A stretch of DNA of 64,000 nucleotides, taken from assembly GCA_964016885.1 (NCBI GenBank), contig OZ024741.1, forward strand, positions 330,832,001-330,896,000. Reading direction: 5' to 3'. Positions 1 through 13,431 of the stretch are shown here, in pieces. How positions within the stretch are numbered: the stretch's first letter is position 1; every line of letters begins with the position of its first letter. The stretch comes from Eledone cirrhosa (taxonomy: Eukaryota). A model generated the notes under the pieces. That model made no database searches and was not told the DNA's origin. It saw nothing but the letters and a program-made list of their open reading frames with translations. The translations under genes and the position numbers were made by a program.

Positions 1-979
1 ATATACATATATACACATATGCATACAGGTACACATACATATATGCACGCATCAGTTTAGCCTACGTTTATTATAACGCCGGCCACTTTGTTCGTTTGTT
101 TGTCAACAAAGCGAACAGCCTGAATTTATGCCATACGGTGTTAAGGCAACCACGTCACCTTTTTGTTCAACACTGACACAGGAACGATGTACTAGTTTCA
201 AGCTTGTTAGCTATCATCAGCACCGTTTACCCATCTGCCAGATAGTTGAACGTTCGAAAGTATATACTTTCCTTATGAAAATTAACGGCTGAGCAGCCTA
301 ATTTGCATATTGAGTGAGTTAAATCGGTCAGGCATACCGAAAACGATTAGTTGAAAAAAAAAATGAAAACGGAATTTCATTTCTCACTCTTAGTATGGCA
401 CTTACTTAAATGTAAGTATGTATGTATACGTACATACATATATGTATACAGACGTACAGTAGCATGCATATATATATACATATACATATATATATATATA
501 TATACATATATACACATATGCATACAGGTACACATACATATATGCACGCATCAGTTTAGCCTACGTTTATTATAACGCCGGCCGCTTTGTTCGTTTGTTT
601 GTCAACAAAGCGAACAGCCTGAATTTATGCCATACGGTGTTAAGGCAACCACGTCACCTTTTTGTTCAACACTGACACAGGAACGATGTACTAGTTTCAA
701 GCTTGTTAGCTATCATCAGCACCGTTTACCCATCTGCCAGATAGTTGAACGTTCGAAAGTATATACTTTCCTTATGAAAATTAACGGCTGAGCAGCCTAA
801 TTTGCATATTGAGTGAGTTAAATCGGTCAGGCATACCGAAAACGATTAGTTGAAAAAAAAAAATGAAAACGGAATTTCATTTCTCACTCTTAGTATGGCA
901 CTTACTTAAATGTAAGTATGTATGTATACGTACATACATATATGTATACAGACGTACAGTAGCATGCATATATATATAC

Positions 980-1016
<37 letters not shown>

Positions 1017-1983
1017 TACACATATGCATACAGGTACACATACATATATGCACGCATCAGTTTAGCCTACGTTTATTATAACGCCGGCCGCTTTGTTCGT
1101 TTGTTTGTCAACAAAGCGAACAGCCTGAATTTATGCCATACGGTGTTAAGGCAACCACGTCACCTTTTTGTTCAACACTGACACAGGAACGATGTACTAG
1201 TTTCAAGCTTGTTAGCTATCATCAGCACCGTTTACCCATCTGCCAGATAGTTGAACGTTCGAAAGTATATACTTTCCTTATGAAAATTAACGGCTGAGCA
1301 GCCTAATTTGCATATTGAGTGAGTTAAATCGGTCAGGCATACCGAAAACGATTAGTTGAAAAAAAAAATGAAAACGGAATTTCATTTCTCACTCTTAGTA
1401 TGGCACTTACTTAAATGTAAGTATGTATGTATACGTACATACATATATGTATACAGACGTACAGTAGCATGCATATATATATACATATACATATATATAT
1501 ATATATATACATATATATACATATGCATACAGGTACACATACATATATGCACGCATCAGTTTAGCCTACGTTTATTATAACGCCGGCCGCTTTGTTCGTT
1601 TGTTTGTCAACAAAGCGAACAGCCTGAATTTATGCCATACGGTGTTAAGGCAACCACGTCACCTTTTTGTTCAACACTGACACAGGAACGATGTACTAGT
1701 TTCAAGCTTGTTAGCTATCATCAGCACCGTTTACCCATCTGCCAGATAGTTGAACGTTCGAAAGTATATACTTTCCTTATGAAAATTAACGGCTGAGCAG
1801 CCTAATTTGCATATTGAGTGAGTTAAATCGGTCAGGCATACCGAAAACGATTAGTTGAAAAAAAAAATGAAAACGGAATTTCATTTCTCACTCTTAGTAT
1901 GGCACTTACTTAAATGTAAGTATGTATGTATACGTACATACATATATGTATACAGACGTACAGTAGCATGCATATATATATAC

Positions 1984-2020
<37 letters not shown>

Positions 2021-2489
2021 TACACATATGCATACAGGTACACATACATATATGCACGCATCAGTTTAGCCTACGTTTATTATAACGCCGGCCGCTTTGT
2101 TCGTTTGTTTGTCAACAAAGCGAACAGCCTGAATTTATGCCATACGGTGTTAAGGCAACCACGTCACCTTTTTGTTCAACACTGACACAGGAACGATGTA
2201 CTAGTTTCAAGCTTGTTAGCTATCATCAGCACCGTTTACCCATCTGCCAGATAGTTGAACGTTCGAAAGTATATACTTTCCTTATGAAAATTAACGGCTG
2301 AGCAGCCTAATTTGCATATTGAGTGAGTTAAATCGGTCAGGCATACCGAAAACGATTAGTTGAAAAAAAAAAATGAAAACGGAATTTCATTTCTCACTCT
2401 TAGTATGGCACTTACTTAAATGTAAGTATGTATGTATACATACATACATATATGTATACAGACGTACAGTAGCATGCATATATATATAC

Positions 2490-2526
<37 letters not shown>

Positions 2527-3494
2527 TACACATATGCATACAGGTACACATACATATATGCACGCATCAGTTTAGCCTACGTTTATTATAACGCCGGCCA
2601 CTTTGTTCGTTTGTTTGTCAACAAAGCGAACAGCCTGAATTTATGCCATACGGTGTTAAGGCAACCACGTCACCTTTTTGTTCAACACTGACACAGGAAC
2701 GATGTACTAGTTTCAAGCTTGTTAGCTATCATCAGCACCGTTTACCCATCTGCCAGATAGTTGAACGTTCGAAAGTATATACTTTCCTTATGAAAATTAA
2801 CGGCTGAGCAGCCTAATTTGCATATTGAGTGAGTTAAATCGGTCAGGCATACCGAAAACGATTAGTTGAAAAAAAAAATGAAAACGGAATTTCATTTCTC
2901 ACTCTTAGTATGGCACTTACTTAAATGTAAGTATGTATGTATACGTACATACATATATGTATACAGACGTACAGTAGCATGCATATATATATACATATAC
3001 ATATATATATATATATATACATATATACACATATGCATACAGGTACACATACATATATGCACGCATCAGTTTAGCCTACGTTTATTATAACGCCGGCCGC
3101 TTTGTTCGTTTGTTTGTCAACAAAGCGAACAGCCTGAATTTATGCCATACGGTGTTAAGGCAACCACGTCACCTTTTTGTTCAACACTGACACAGGAACG
3201 ATGTACTAGTTTCAAGCTTGTTAGCTATCATCAGCACCGTTTACCCATCTGCCAGATAGTTGAACGTTCGAAAGTATATACTTTCCTTATGAAAATTAAC
3301 GGCTGAGCAGCCTAATTTGCATATTGAGTGAGTTAAATCGGTCAGGCATACCGAAAACGATTAGTTGAAAAAAAAAAATGAAAACGGAATTTCATTTCTC
3401 ACTCTTAGTATGGCACTTACTTAAATGTAAGTATGTATGTATACGTACATACATATATGTATACAGACGTACAGTAGCATGCATATATATATAC

Positions 3495-3531
<37 letters not shown>

Positions 3532-3999
3532 TACACATATGCATACAGGTACACATACATATATGCACGCATCAGTTTAGCCTACGTTTATTATAACGCC
3601 GGCCGCTTTGTTCGTTTGTTTGTCAACAAAGCGAACAGCCTGAATTTATGCCATACGGTGTTAAGGCAACCACGTCACCTTTTTGTTCAACACTGACACA
3701 GGAACGATGTACTAGTTTCAAGCTTGTTAGCTATCATCAGCACCGTTTACCCATCTGCCAGATAGTTGAACGTTCGAAAGTATATACTTTCCTTATGAAA
3801 ATTAACGGCTGAGCAGCCTAATTTGCATATTGAGTGAGTTAAATCGGTCAGGCATACCGAAAACGATTAGTTGAAAAAAAAAATGAAAACGGAATTTCAT
3901 TTCTCACTCTTAGTATGGCACTTACTTAAATGTAAGTATGTATGTATACGTACATACATATATGTATACAGACGTACAGTAGCATGCATATATATATAC

Positions 4000-4038
<39 letters not shown>

Positions 4039-4508
4039 TATACATATGCATACAGGTACACATACATATATGCACGCATCAGTTTAGCCTACGTTTATTA
4101 TAACGCCGGCCGCTTTGTTCGTTTGTTTGTCAACAAAGCGAACAGCCTGAATTTATGCCATACGGTGTTAAGGCAACCACGTCACCTTTTTGTTCAACAC
4201 TGACACAGGAACGATGTACTAGTTTCAAGCTTGTTAGCTATCATCAGCACCGTTTACCCATCTGCCAGATAGTTGAACGTTCGAAAGTATATACTTTCCT
4301 TATGAAAATTAACGGCTGAGCAGCCTAATTTGCATATTGAGTGAGTTAAATCGGTCAGGCATACCGAAAACGATTAGTTGAAAAAAAAAATGAAAACGGA
4401 ATTTCATTTCTCACTCTTAGTATGGCACTTACTTAAATGTAAGTATGTATGTATACGTACATACATATATGTATACAGACGTACAGTAGCATGCATATAT
4501 ATATATAC

Positions 4509-4547
<39 letters not shown>

Positions 4548-5015
4548 TATACATATGCATACAGGTACACATACATATATGCACGCATCAGTTTAGCCTA
4601 CGTTTATTATAACGCCGGCCGCTTTGTTCGTTTGTTTGTCAACAAAGCGAACAGCCTGAATTTATGCCATACGGTGTTAAGGCAACCACGTCACCTTTTT
4701 GTTCAACACTGACACAGGAACGATGTACTAGTTTCAAGCTTGTTAGCTATCATCAGCACCGTTTACCCATCTGCCAGATAGTTGAACGTTCGAAAGTATA
4801 TACTTTCCTTATGAAAATTAACGGCTGAGCAGCCTAATTTGCATATTGAGTGAGTTAAATCGGTCAGGCATACCGAAAACGATTAGTTGAAAAAAAAAAT
4901 GAAAACGGAATTTCATTTCTCACTCTTAGTATGGCACTTACTTAAATGTAAGTATGTATGTATACGTACATACATATATGTATACAGACGTACAGTAGCA
5001 TGCATATATATATAC

Positions 5016-5054
<39 letters not shown>

Positions 5055-5523
5055 TACACATATGCATACAGGTACACATACATATATGCACGCATCAGTT
5101 TAGCCTACGTTTATTATAACGCCGGCCGCTTTGTTCGTTTGTTTGTCAACAAAGCGAACAGCCTGAATTTATGCCATACGGTGTTAAGGCAACCACGTCA
5201 CCTTTTTGTTCAACACTGACACAGGAACGATGTACTAGTTTCAAGCTTGTTAGCTATCATCAGCACCGTTTACCCATCTGCCAGATAGTTGATCGTTCGA
5301 AAGTATATACTTTCCTTATGAAAATTAACGGCTGAGCAGCCTAATTTGCATATTGAGTGAGTTAAATCGGTCAGGCATACCGAAAACGATTAGTTGAAAA
5401 AAAAAAATGAAAACGGAATTTCATTTCTCACTCTTAGTATGGCACTTACTTAAATGTAAGTATGTATGTATACGTACATACATATATGTATACAGACGTA
5501 CAGTAGCATGCATATATATATAC

Positions 5524-5562
<39 letters not shown>

Positions 5563-6030
5563 TACACATATGCATACAGGTACACATACATATATGCACG
5601 CATCAGTTTAGCCTACGTTTATTATAACGCCGGCCGCTTTGTTCGTTTGTTTGTCAACAAAGCGAACAGCCTGAATTTATGCCATACGGTGTTAAGGCAA
5701 CCACGTCACCTTTTTGTTCAACACTGACACAGGAACGATGTACTAGTTTCAAGCTTGTTAGCTATCATCAGCACCGTTTACCCATCTGCCAGATAGTTGA
5801 ACGTTCGAAAGTATATACTTTCCTTATGAAAATTAACGGCTGAGCAGCCTAATTTGCATATTGAGTGAGTTAAATCGGTCAGGCATACCGAAAACGATTA
5901 GTTGAAAAAAAAAATGAAAACGGAATTTCATTTCTCACTCTTAGTATGGCACTTACTTATATGTAAGTATGTATGTATACGTACATACATATATGTATAC
6001 AGACGTACAGTAGCATGCATATATATATAC

Positions 6031-6072
<42 letters not shown>

Positions 6073-6487
6073 GCATACAGGTACACATACATATATGCAC
6101 GCATCAGTTTAGCCTACGTTTATTATAACGCCGGCCGCTTTGTTCGTTTGTTTGTCAACAAAGCGAACAGCCTGAATTTATGCCATACGGTGTTAAGGCA
6201 ACCACGTCACCTTTTTGTTCAACACTGACACAGGAACGATGTACTAGTTTCAAGCTTGGTAGCTATCATCAGCACCGTTTACCCATCTGCCAGATAGTTG
6301 AACGTTCGAAAGTATATACTTTCCTTATGAAAATTAACGGCTGAGCAGCCTAATTTGCATATTGAGTGAGTTAAATCGGTCAGACATACCGAAAACGATT
6401 AGTTGAAAAAAAAAATGAAAACGGAATTTCATTTCTCACTCTTAGTATGGCACTTACTTAAATGTAAGTATGTATGTATACGTACAT
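1..6487 (-). repeat. Tandem array of ~499-509 bp units (~13 copies, runs off the left edge); retrozyme-like, one hammerhead per unit on the minus strand
   Basis: Marker ttgaaaaaaaaaatgaaaacgg recurs at 351, 850, 1356, 1855, 2360, 2866, 3365, 3871, 4378, 4887, 5394, 5902, 6403; units near-identical except internal (TA)n and A-run length. Confidence 0.97.
183..227 (-). ncRNA. Minimal type I hammerhead ribozyme (first of 13 copies in the left array)
   Basis: Minus strand: AACGGUG-CUGAUGA-U-AGCU(AACA)AGCU-U-GAAA-CUAG-UA-CAUCGUU; 7-bp stem I, intact core, palindromic stem III ACUAGU, GUA cleavage triplet. Confidence 0.88.
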
Positions 6488-6624
6488 TGCCTTAACACCG
6501 TATGGCATAAATTCAGGCTGTTCGCTTTGTTGACAAACAAACGAACAAAGCGGCCGGCGTTATAATAAACGTAGGCTAAACTGATGCGTGCATATATGTA
6601 TGTGTACCTGTATGCATATGTGTA

Positions 6625-6663
<39 letters not shown>

Positions 6664-7130
6664 GTATATATATATGCATGCTACTGTACGTCTGTATACA
6701 TATATGTATGTACGTATACATACATACTTACATTTAAGTAAGTGCCATACTAAGAGTGAGAAATGAAATTCAGTTTTCATTTTTTTTTCAACTAATCGTT
6801 TTCGGTATGCCTGACCGATTTAACTCACTCAATATGCAAATTAGGCTGCTCAGCCGTTAATTTTCATAAGGAAAGTATATACTTTTGAACGTTCAACTAT
6901 CTGGCAGATGGGTAAACGGTGCTGATGATAGCTAACAAGCTTGAAACTAGTACATCGTTCCTGTGTCAGTGTTGAACAAAAAGGTGACGTGGTTGCCTTA
7001 ACACCGTATGGCATAAATTCAGGCTGTTCGCTTTGTTGACAAACAAACGAACAAAGCGGCCGGCGTTATAATAAACGTAGGCTAAACTGATGCGTGCATA
7101 TATGTATGTGTACCTGTATGCATATGTGTA

Positions 7131-7173
<43 letters not shown>

Positions 7174-7748
7174 GTATATATATATGCATGCTACTGTACG
7201 TCTGTATACATATATGTATGTACGTATACATACATACTTACATTTAAGTAAGTGCCATACTAAGAGTGAGAAATGAAATTCCGTTTTCATTTTTTTTTTC
7301 AACTAATCGTTTTGGTATGCCTGACCGATTTAACTCACTCAATATGCAAATTAGGCTGCTCAGCCGTTAATTTTCATAAGGAAAGTATATACTTTCGAAC
7401 GTTCAACTATCTGGCAGATGGGTAAACGGTGCTGATGATAGCTAACAAGCTTGAAACTAGTACATCGTTCCTGTGTCAGTGTTGAACAAAAAGGTGACGT
7501 GGTTGCCTTAACACCGTATGGCATAAATTCAGGCTGTTCACTTTGTTGACAAACAAACGAACAAAGCGGCCGGCGTTATAATAAACGTAGGCTAAACTGA
7601 TGCGTGGATATATGTATGTGTACCTGTCTGCATATGTGTATATATGTATATATATATATATATATATATGTATATGTATATATATATGCATGCTACTGTA
7701 CGTCTGTATACATATATGTATGTACGTATACATACATACTTACATTTA
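6487..7748 (+). repeat. Inverted arm of the same array (~2.5 units), hammerheads at 6915-6959 and 7425-7469
   Basis: Reverse complement of the unit starts at cgtaca|ttgccttaac (6487) and runs into (TA)n at ~7748. Confidence 0.95.
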
Positions 7749-7804
7749 TATATATTTATATATATATATATTTATATATATATATATTTATATATATATA
7801 TATT

Positions 7805-7839
<35 letters not shown>

Positions 7840-7842
7840 ATT

Positions 7843-7908
<66 letters not shown>

Positions 7909-7912
<4 letters not shown>

Positions 7913-8323
7913 AAGTTATGTTGGTGCCACAACATCCAGGCCGAAACAAATGAGATCGTGTAGGTGTCATGACAAAAAAAACACACAGTCCACGCTGTAA
8001 TGTGGCCGTGTAGGCAACACGGTAAAAACCTCCCAGCCCCACACTGTAAATGTGGTTGGTGTTAGGAAGGGCATCCAGCTGTAGAAAACCCGCCAGACAG
8101 TCCACGCTGTAATGCGGCCGTGTAGGCAACACGGTAAAAACCTCCCAGCCCCACACTGTAAATGTGGTTGGTGTTAGGAGGGGCATCCAGCTGTAGAAAA
8201 CCGGGCCAGACAGTCCTATGCGAACAAGACAATCACTCTTGCCTCAAGTGGGAAAACCCCCGTCCAAACCCATGCAAGCGTGGAACACGAACGTTAAACG
8301 TTGATGATGATGATGATGATGAT
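7909..8323 (+). mobile_element. RTE LINE 3' UTR fragment with internal ~111-bp duplication and (GAT)n tail
   Basis: Matches 31683-31987 of the full RTE; ends cgttaaacgttgatgatgat. Confidence 0.88.
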
Positions 8324-8365
8324 AATTATATATATATATATTTATATATATATTTATATATATAT

Positions 8366-10385
8366 ATCATCATCATCATCATCACCGTTTTACGTCCGTT
8401 CTTCCACGCTAGCATGGGTTAGACGGGTTGTCCTGTTGTGGGCAGTGTCTGGTCGGCTGACCATGCCTTGCTCATACAGGAACTGATTTGGCTTGATTTC
8501 TACAGCTGGATGCCCTTCCTAACACCAACCTCATTTACAGTGAGTGCTGGGTGCTTTTTCGTGGCGCCTACACGTCCACTTTACAGTGTGGGCTGGGTGC
8601 TTTTTTGCCGTGGCACCTCCACGACCACCTTGCGGTGGGGGTTGTGGGGGCATATTGTCTATATGCTTCAGCTTGTACCCATGGGAGGTCGGGTACTCTG
8701 TATTACTGCGTGACGCCAGAGGTCACGGTCGTGTGTCATTGCCTTTGAGAGGTGTAATTGGGTAAGGTCGGCTTTTATCACCTCATCCCAGGTCATGTTG
8801 GGTCTCCCCACTCCGCGGTTTCCATCAACTTCTAGTGCTCTGCACCTTTTTATGCAGCTGTCATCCTTCATACGCATCACATGTCCATACCAGCGCAACC
8901 GCCTCTACTGCACACAGCATTTGATTCCTCTTATGCTCAGTCTCTCTCTCAATTCATTTATGCTTTGTCGTTCACGTATATTACTGTTACACATCCATCG
9001 GAGCATGCAGGCTTCGTTTCTCTCTAATCTACGTAAGTCTTCCACCTTCAGCGCCCAGGTCTCACTACCATGCAACATCGCTGTTCGGATACACGCATCA
9101 TACAGTCTGCCTTTCATTCTGAGGGAGAAGCCTTTTGCAGCTAGCAGTGGTAGTAGTTCCCTAAACTTCTTCCATCCCGTTCTTACCCTAGTTATTGTAC
9201 TTTTTGAACACCCACCTCCGCTGCTAATTCGGTCACCTAGGTAGCAGAAGCTGTCTACTGTTTCTACAGAGCCCTCCCAGAGATTGGTGGTACTTGTTTC
9301 CTGTGGCTGTTTGCTGCATGTGAATCCTACATTCTTAATTAAGCTTCTTGAGATCCCGCTACATCTCTTGTGTACCCATTGTTTGCATTTGGGGCAGAGA
9401 ATGGAGTTCCTACCTACACCTTTCCTACATACTGAGCAAGGCCATTTCCCTGAGGGGATCTGGGTTCTGTTTTCTCGTCTACTTACAAGGACCTTAGTCT
9501 TTGTCATGTTGACTTTGAGACCTTTCTTTCTAGTCCCTGCTTCCAAGTTTGGAATTTATTCTCTAGTTCTACCATAGATTCAGCTATGAGTGCGAGGTCA
9601 TCAGCATACAGGAGTTCCCATGGGCATCCAGTCTTAAACTCCTCCGTTATTGCCTACAGGACTATGATGAACAGGAGGAGGCTAAGAACAGAGCCCTGGT
9701 GGACCCCAACCTGTACGCTAAATTCCTCGCTATACTCATTGCTAATCCTAACTTTGCTGACTGCTCCCCTATACATAGCTTGTACCGCTTTCACAAGCCA
9801 TTCATCTACTCCTAGTTTTCTAAGAGCCCACCAGATTACAGCACGTGGGACTCTGTCAAAGGCTTTCTCAAGGTCGACAAATGCCAAGTAGAGTGGCTTA
9901 CTTTTAGCTAGGTACTTTTCCTGTAATTGCCTCACAAGGAAGAGGGCATCAGTGGTGCCTCTTCCTGGTACAAATCCAAATTGCATCTCGTCTATTTTCA
10001 CCCGGTCCCTAATCAGCTGTGCTATAACTCTTTCTGTTACTTTCATGACCTGGTCCATCAACTTTATACCTCTATAGTTTCCTCTATCTAGTGCATTGCC
10101 TTACCTTTGTAGCAGTTGACAATGATGCTACTGCAGCAATCTTTTGGTATGGCACCTTCTAGTATTACCTGGTTAACGATACGTGTGGTTATAGTGTGAC
10201 CTACAGACCCAGATGCCTTCAGCATCTCGGCAGCTATACCCGATGGACCGGTTGCCTTCCCCATCTTCATATCTTTGATTGCCTTACTTACTACGCTGCT
10301 GCTGACTTGTACTGCTGGTCCCTCTATAGGGTCTACTTGGGGTAGGGTCTCTTCTTCCCATGCTTTCTCCTCATTTAGTAATCTA
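8366..10385 (-). mobile_element. 5'-truncated, frameshifted RTE LINE (RT and C-terminus)
   Basis: Minus ORFs with [39 protein letters not shown]; (CAT)n tail at 8366-8383. Confidence 0.93.
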
Positions 10386-10409
10386 TCATAGAATATATAT
10401 ATATATATA

Positions 10410-10733
10410 TGAAAAGTGTAATTTTCTACACAAAACGAAGGTTATAGAGAAAATTGAGGTTGGTAATGGCACATGGAATATATAAGAGACCGAATACTTT
10501 TTTGTGAAAAAACATATAATTTTATAAGGTAAGGAAATAATAAAGGGTATAAAAAGTGACCGGTTTCGATGGGTCTGCAAAAGCCATCTTTTCAAATGTT
10601 GATTAATATTAAGAAAAATTAATAATACGAAGAGTTAAAATTTAAGATTTGAAAATTCAAGTATAAAATTCATTGTGGGATTTCATAGTAGTTTTCATCT
10701 AGGTAGCAACAAGTTGACTGCTGTGTCCCTTTC
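10410..10733 (-). mobile_element. Penelope-type terminal-repeat fragment with U3-A8 hammerhead-like motif (~10555-10600)
   Basis: Minus: UUGAAAA-GAUGG..CCAUC-GAAA-CCGG-UC; stem I decayed; flanked by (TA)n. Confidence 0.5.
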
Positions 10734-10750
10734 TATATATATATATATTT

Positions 10751-11125
10751 ATAAACGGGAAAAAATGAAACGAAATTTCATTTCCCACTCTTAGTACAGC
10801 TGTTACTTAAATATAAGTATGTACACGTACATACATATATGTATACAGACGTACAGTAGTATGTATATATATATATACATACATGCACACATATATATAT
10901 GTACGTATGGATTCACCAAACATTTATTATAATGCTCGGTGTGTTTGTAAACAAACATCCCGTATTAAGCCGTAGTGTCTAGCAACCATCGTTGCTCGTT
11001 TGCTCAACACTGACAAAGAAACGCTGTACTAGTTTCAAGCTTATTAGCTATCGTCAGCAACGTATACCTTCCTGCCAGATTGTTGAACGTATATACTTAC
11101 CTTATGCATATTAACGGCTGAGTAA
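10751..11125 (-). mobile_element. Diverged single copy of the 505-bp family, hammerhead at 11021-11063
   Basis: Homologous to the array unit; ACGUUG-CUGACGA-UAGCU(AAUA)AGCUU-GAAA-CUAG-UA-CAGCGU. Confidence 0.88.
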
Positions 11126-13023
11126 TTGCATGACTAATTGACAATGGAATCCAACGTACCCTAAAACTCAGTACCCAGGACCTTAGACACCCTAAAGTAA
11201 ATCAACTGAAACTAAAAGCTCTTCCACACACAACCCCCTCAACAATGAGGCCTTTGACACCATCCTCCAGGACCTCCCTGTGTTAAAAAAGGACCATAGA
11301 ATGAACCAAATCCTACAAACACACGATATCATAAAGAGCAAAAGACAATCTAAGTCAATGAAAAACATCCAAACAAATGCCAAAGTACTGCCAACGACAA
11401 CAACGAAACCCACAGTAAAAAAATGCGATAGACCCAACTGTGGCATATGCATCAACCTAATAGAGGGTTCGGAATTCTATTTCAAAGGAGGACAACGTTT
11501 TATAGTAAAACACAATTTCACATGCGCATCAGAAAATCTAATATATGTATTAACTTGCCCAGGTTGTCGAGAACAATACATAGGCCAGACCAAAAACAGC
11601 CTCCGCCAACGCATGACTGTCCATAGATCCCAAATTAAAATACGGGAATACAGGAAAATACCACTGAGTGAGCACATTGATACCTGTGCCGCCCAAAATC
11701 ATCCCAACTTTAGAATCTTTCTCCTCTACAAATTTAAAGATAATGCCACCCACACCCAGCGCATCAGCAAGGAATCTCACTTTATTAACAAATACGGACC
11801 CCGTCTAAACACTTCTCCCTAAGATGAACCCACAACATACACACGTCAACATACATACCTACATCAGCATACATCCTACATACATCTCTATCCACATATA
11901 AACACAATGACATACGTAAACACACATGTTCTATGGTGCAACACAAATATATACAAATTTGCATACTTTTTGATGTCTATAGATATAAACGTGCTGACAC
12001 ACACACATACATATACGCACACATGCATTGCACACTGATGGGCACATACATATTTGTACACAAGTATTCCCATACGGCAGGGCCTAATGGATTCCCCTTG
12101 CAGTACGTACAATCTGGACACTCACACACACCTTGGTGTTATGACAATGCTATATATCATTTCACACCTTTTATTATTAATGTTTTTGATGTTCTATTGA
12201 GAGAATCGTTTTTACTGAAAATATCGAATAATGTACACCATTTTTACCAGTATCACAAAAATACTGGTCCACCCACACACACACACATACACACACACAC
12301 ATATACACACGCGTACACTAACATACAAAGAGACATACACACACTTCTCCGTATAAGTCAACAGCTGAAAAATATCTTTTAACATGTTAAAATATCCCCC
12401 ACACACGTACAGACACATTCCTACTGACCGATCCTTCTACCACGAATTACTCTGCTACACACACACTTGTCTTAATAGGCACCTGAACTGTTGACTTGTC
12501 AACATGACTGCAATTCACACACACATCCCTACTGACCATTATCACAACAATGAACCTCTTTACTACTACACACACACACACACACACATATTTGTTTTAA
12601 AAGACTTATTTTTCAGTGACTTGAGACAAACCTACATTTGGAGCAAAATCAATTTTTAACATTCACATGACCTCTACCGACCAATCAAAATTGTTTTGAC
12701 CACAAGAATTTTTGCAACACGAATTGGCGCAAAACTTATTTTAATACATCTGGAGCCACTTTTTTCACATAAAACAGGTAGAATCTCCAAAACTAATCAG
12801 ATTAGAGCAAACATCACGGGCGCTCTATCTCAAAATTATTTTTGAAAAGCATTAGAAATGCGCAACCGGTAAAAACTTAAAACCAAAACTGAATACTAAC
12901 CAATACTTATTACTAATTTTTACTTATTCCTAATTAAACTATTTTTCACTGGGAACAATTTGTCAGCATTTTCTTTTCCTTTTACTAATATATCATAACT
13001 CATGTGTTACACCTCTATTCTTT

Positions 13024-13028
<5 letters not shown>
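11126..13028 (+). mobile_element. 5'-truncated Penelope-like element: GIY-YIG endonuclease, long 3' UTR, hammerhead-like motif at 12839-12874
   Basis: ORF 11280-11822 with CDRPNCGIC, NLIYVLTCPGC..YIGQT..LRQRMTVH; ends in (TA)n. Confidence 0.85.
11280..11822 (+). pseudogene. Penelope-like GIY-YIG endonuclease domain (C-terminal part of the ORF)
   Basis: LIY...YIG motif, CxxC zinc motifs, conserved R/H/E/N; no RT domain retained. Confidence 0.88.
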
Positions 13029-13070
<42 letters not shown>

Positions 13071-13384
13071 GATTGATTACGATAACATCTGCGCTCCTGA
13101 GGGTATGTAGAGCAGCAGACTGGCCCCCACCATATCTATTGAGGCAAGGCCAGCCATCCTGCATTGAAATGTTTGTAGAGTAAAATGATATTGTAAATCT
13201 TAACTGGTTATCCATTATCATTTTATTAAAATTTTGAGTTCTGCAGTTCCTGTCATAATAGTCCATAAAGGAGGTTGAAAAGTCGCCCAGCCTTTTGGAT
13301 TACCGATTGACCAAGGATACTGATTAGCATCAAGCTCCTATAATCTTTACCAGGATATATATTGATAAACTCCAATATAACCTA

Positions 13385-13425
<41 letters not shown>

Positions 13426-13431
<6 letters not shown>

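Noticed and set aside
1-6487. CRISPR array or rDNA/snRNA tandem cluster
   Set aside because: No unique spacers or cas genes, eukaryotic context, and no recognisable 5S, U snRNA or tRNA sequence in the unit
351-7963. Repeated 60-119 aa ORFs (MKTEFHF..) in the array
   Set aside because: They cross (TA)n tracts whose length changes the frame between units; no protein signature
13069-13102. Candidate TMEM128 first exon MIDYDNICAPE with phase-1 gtatgt donor
   Set aside because: The phase fits, but the ATG directly follows a microsatellite and there is no homology support
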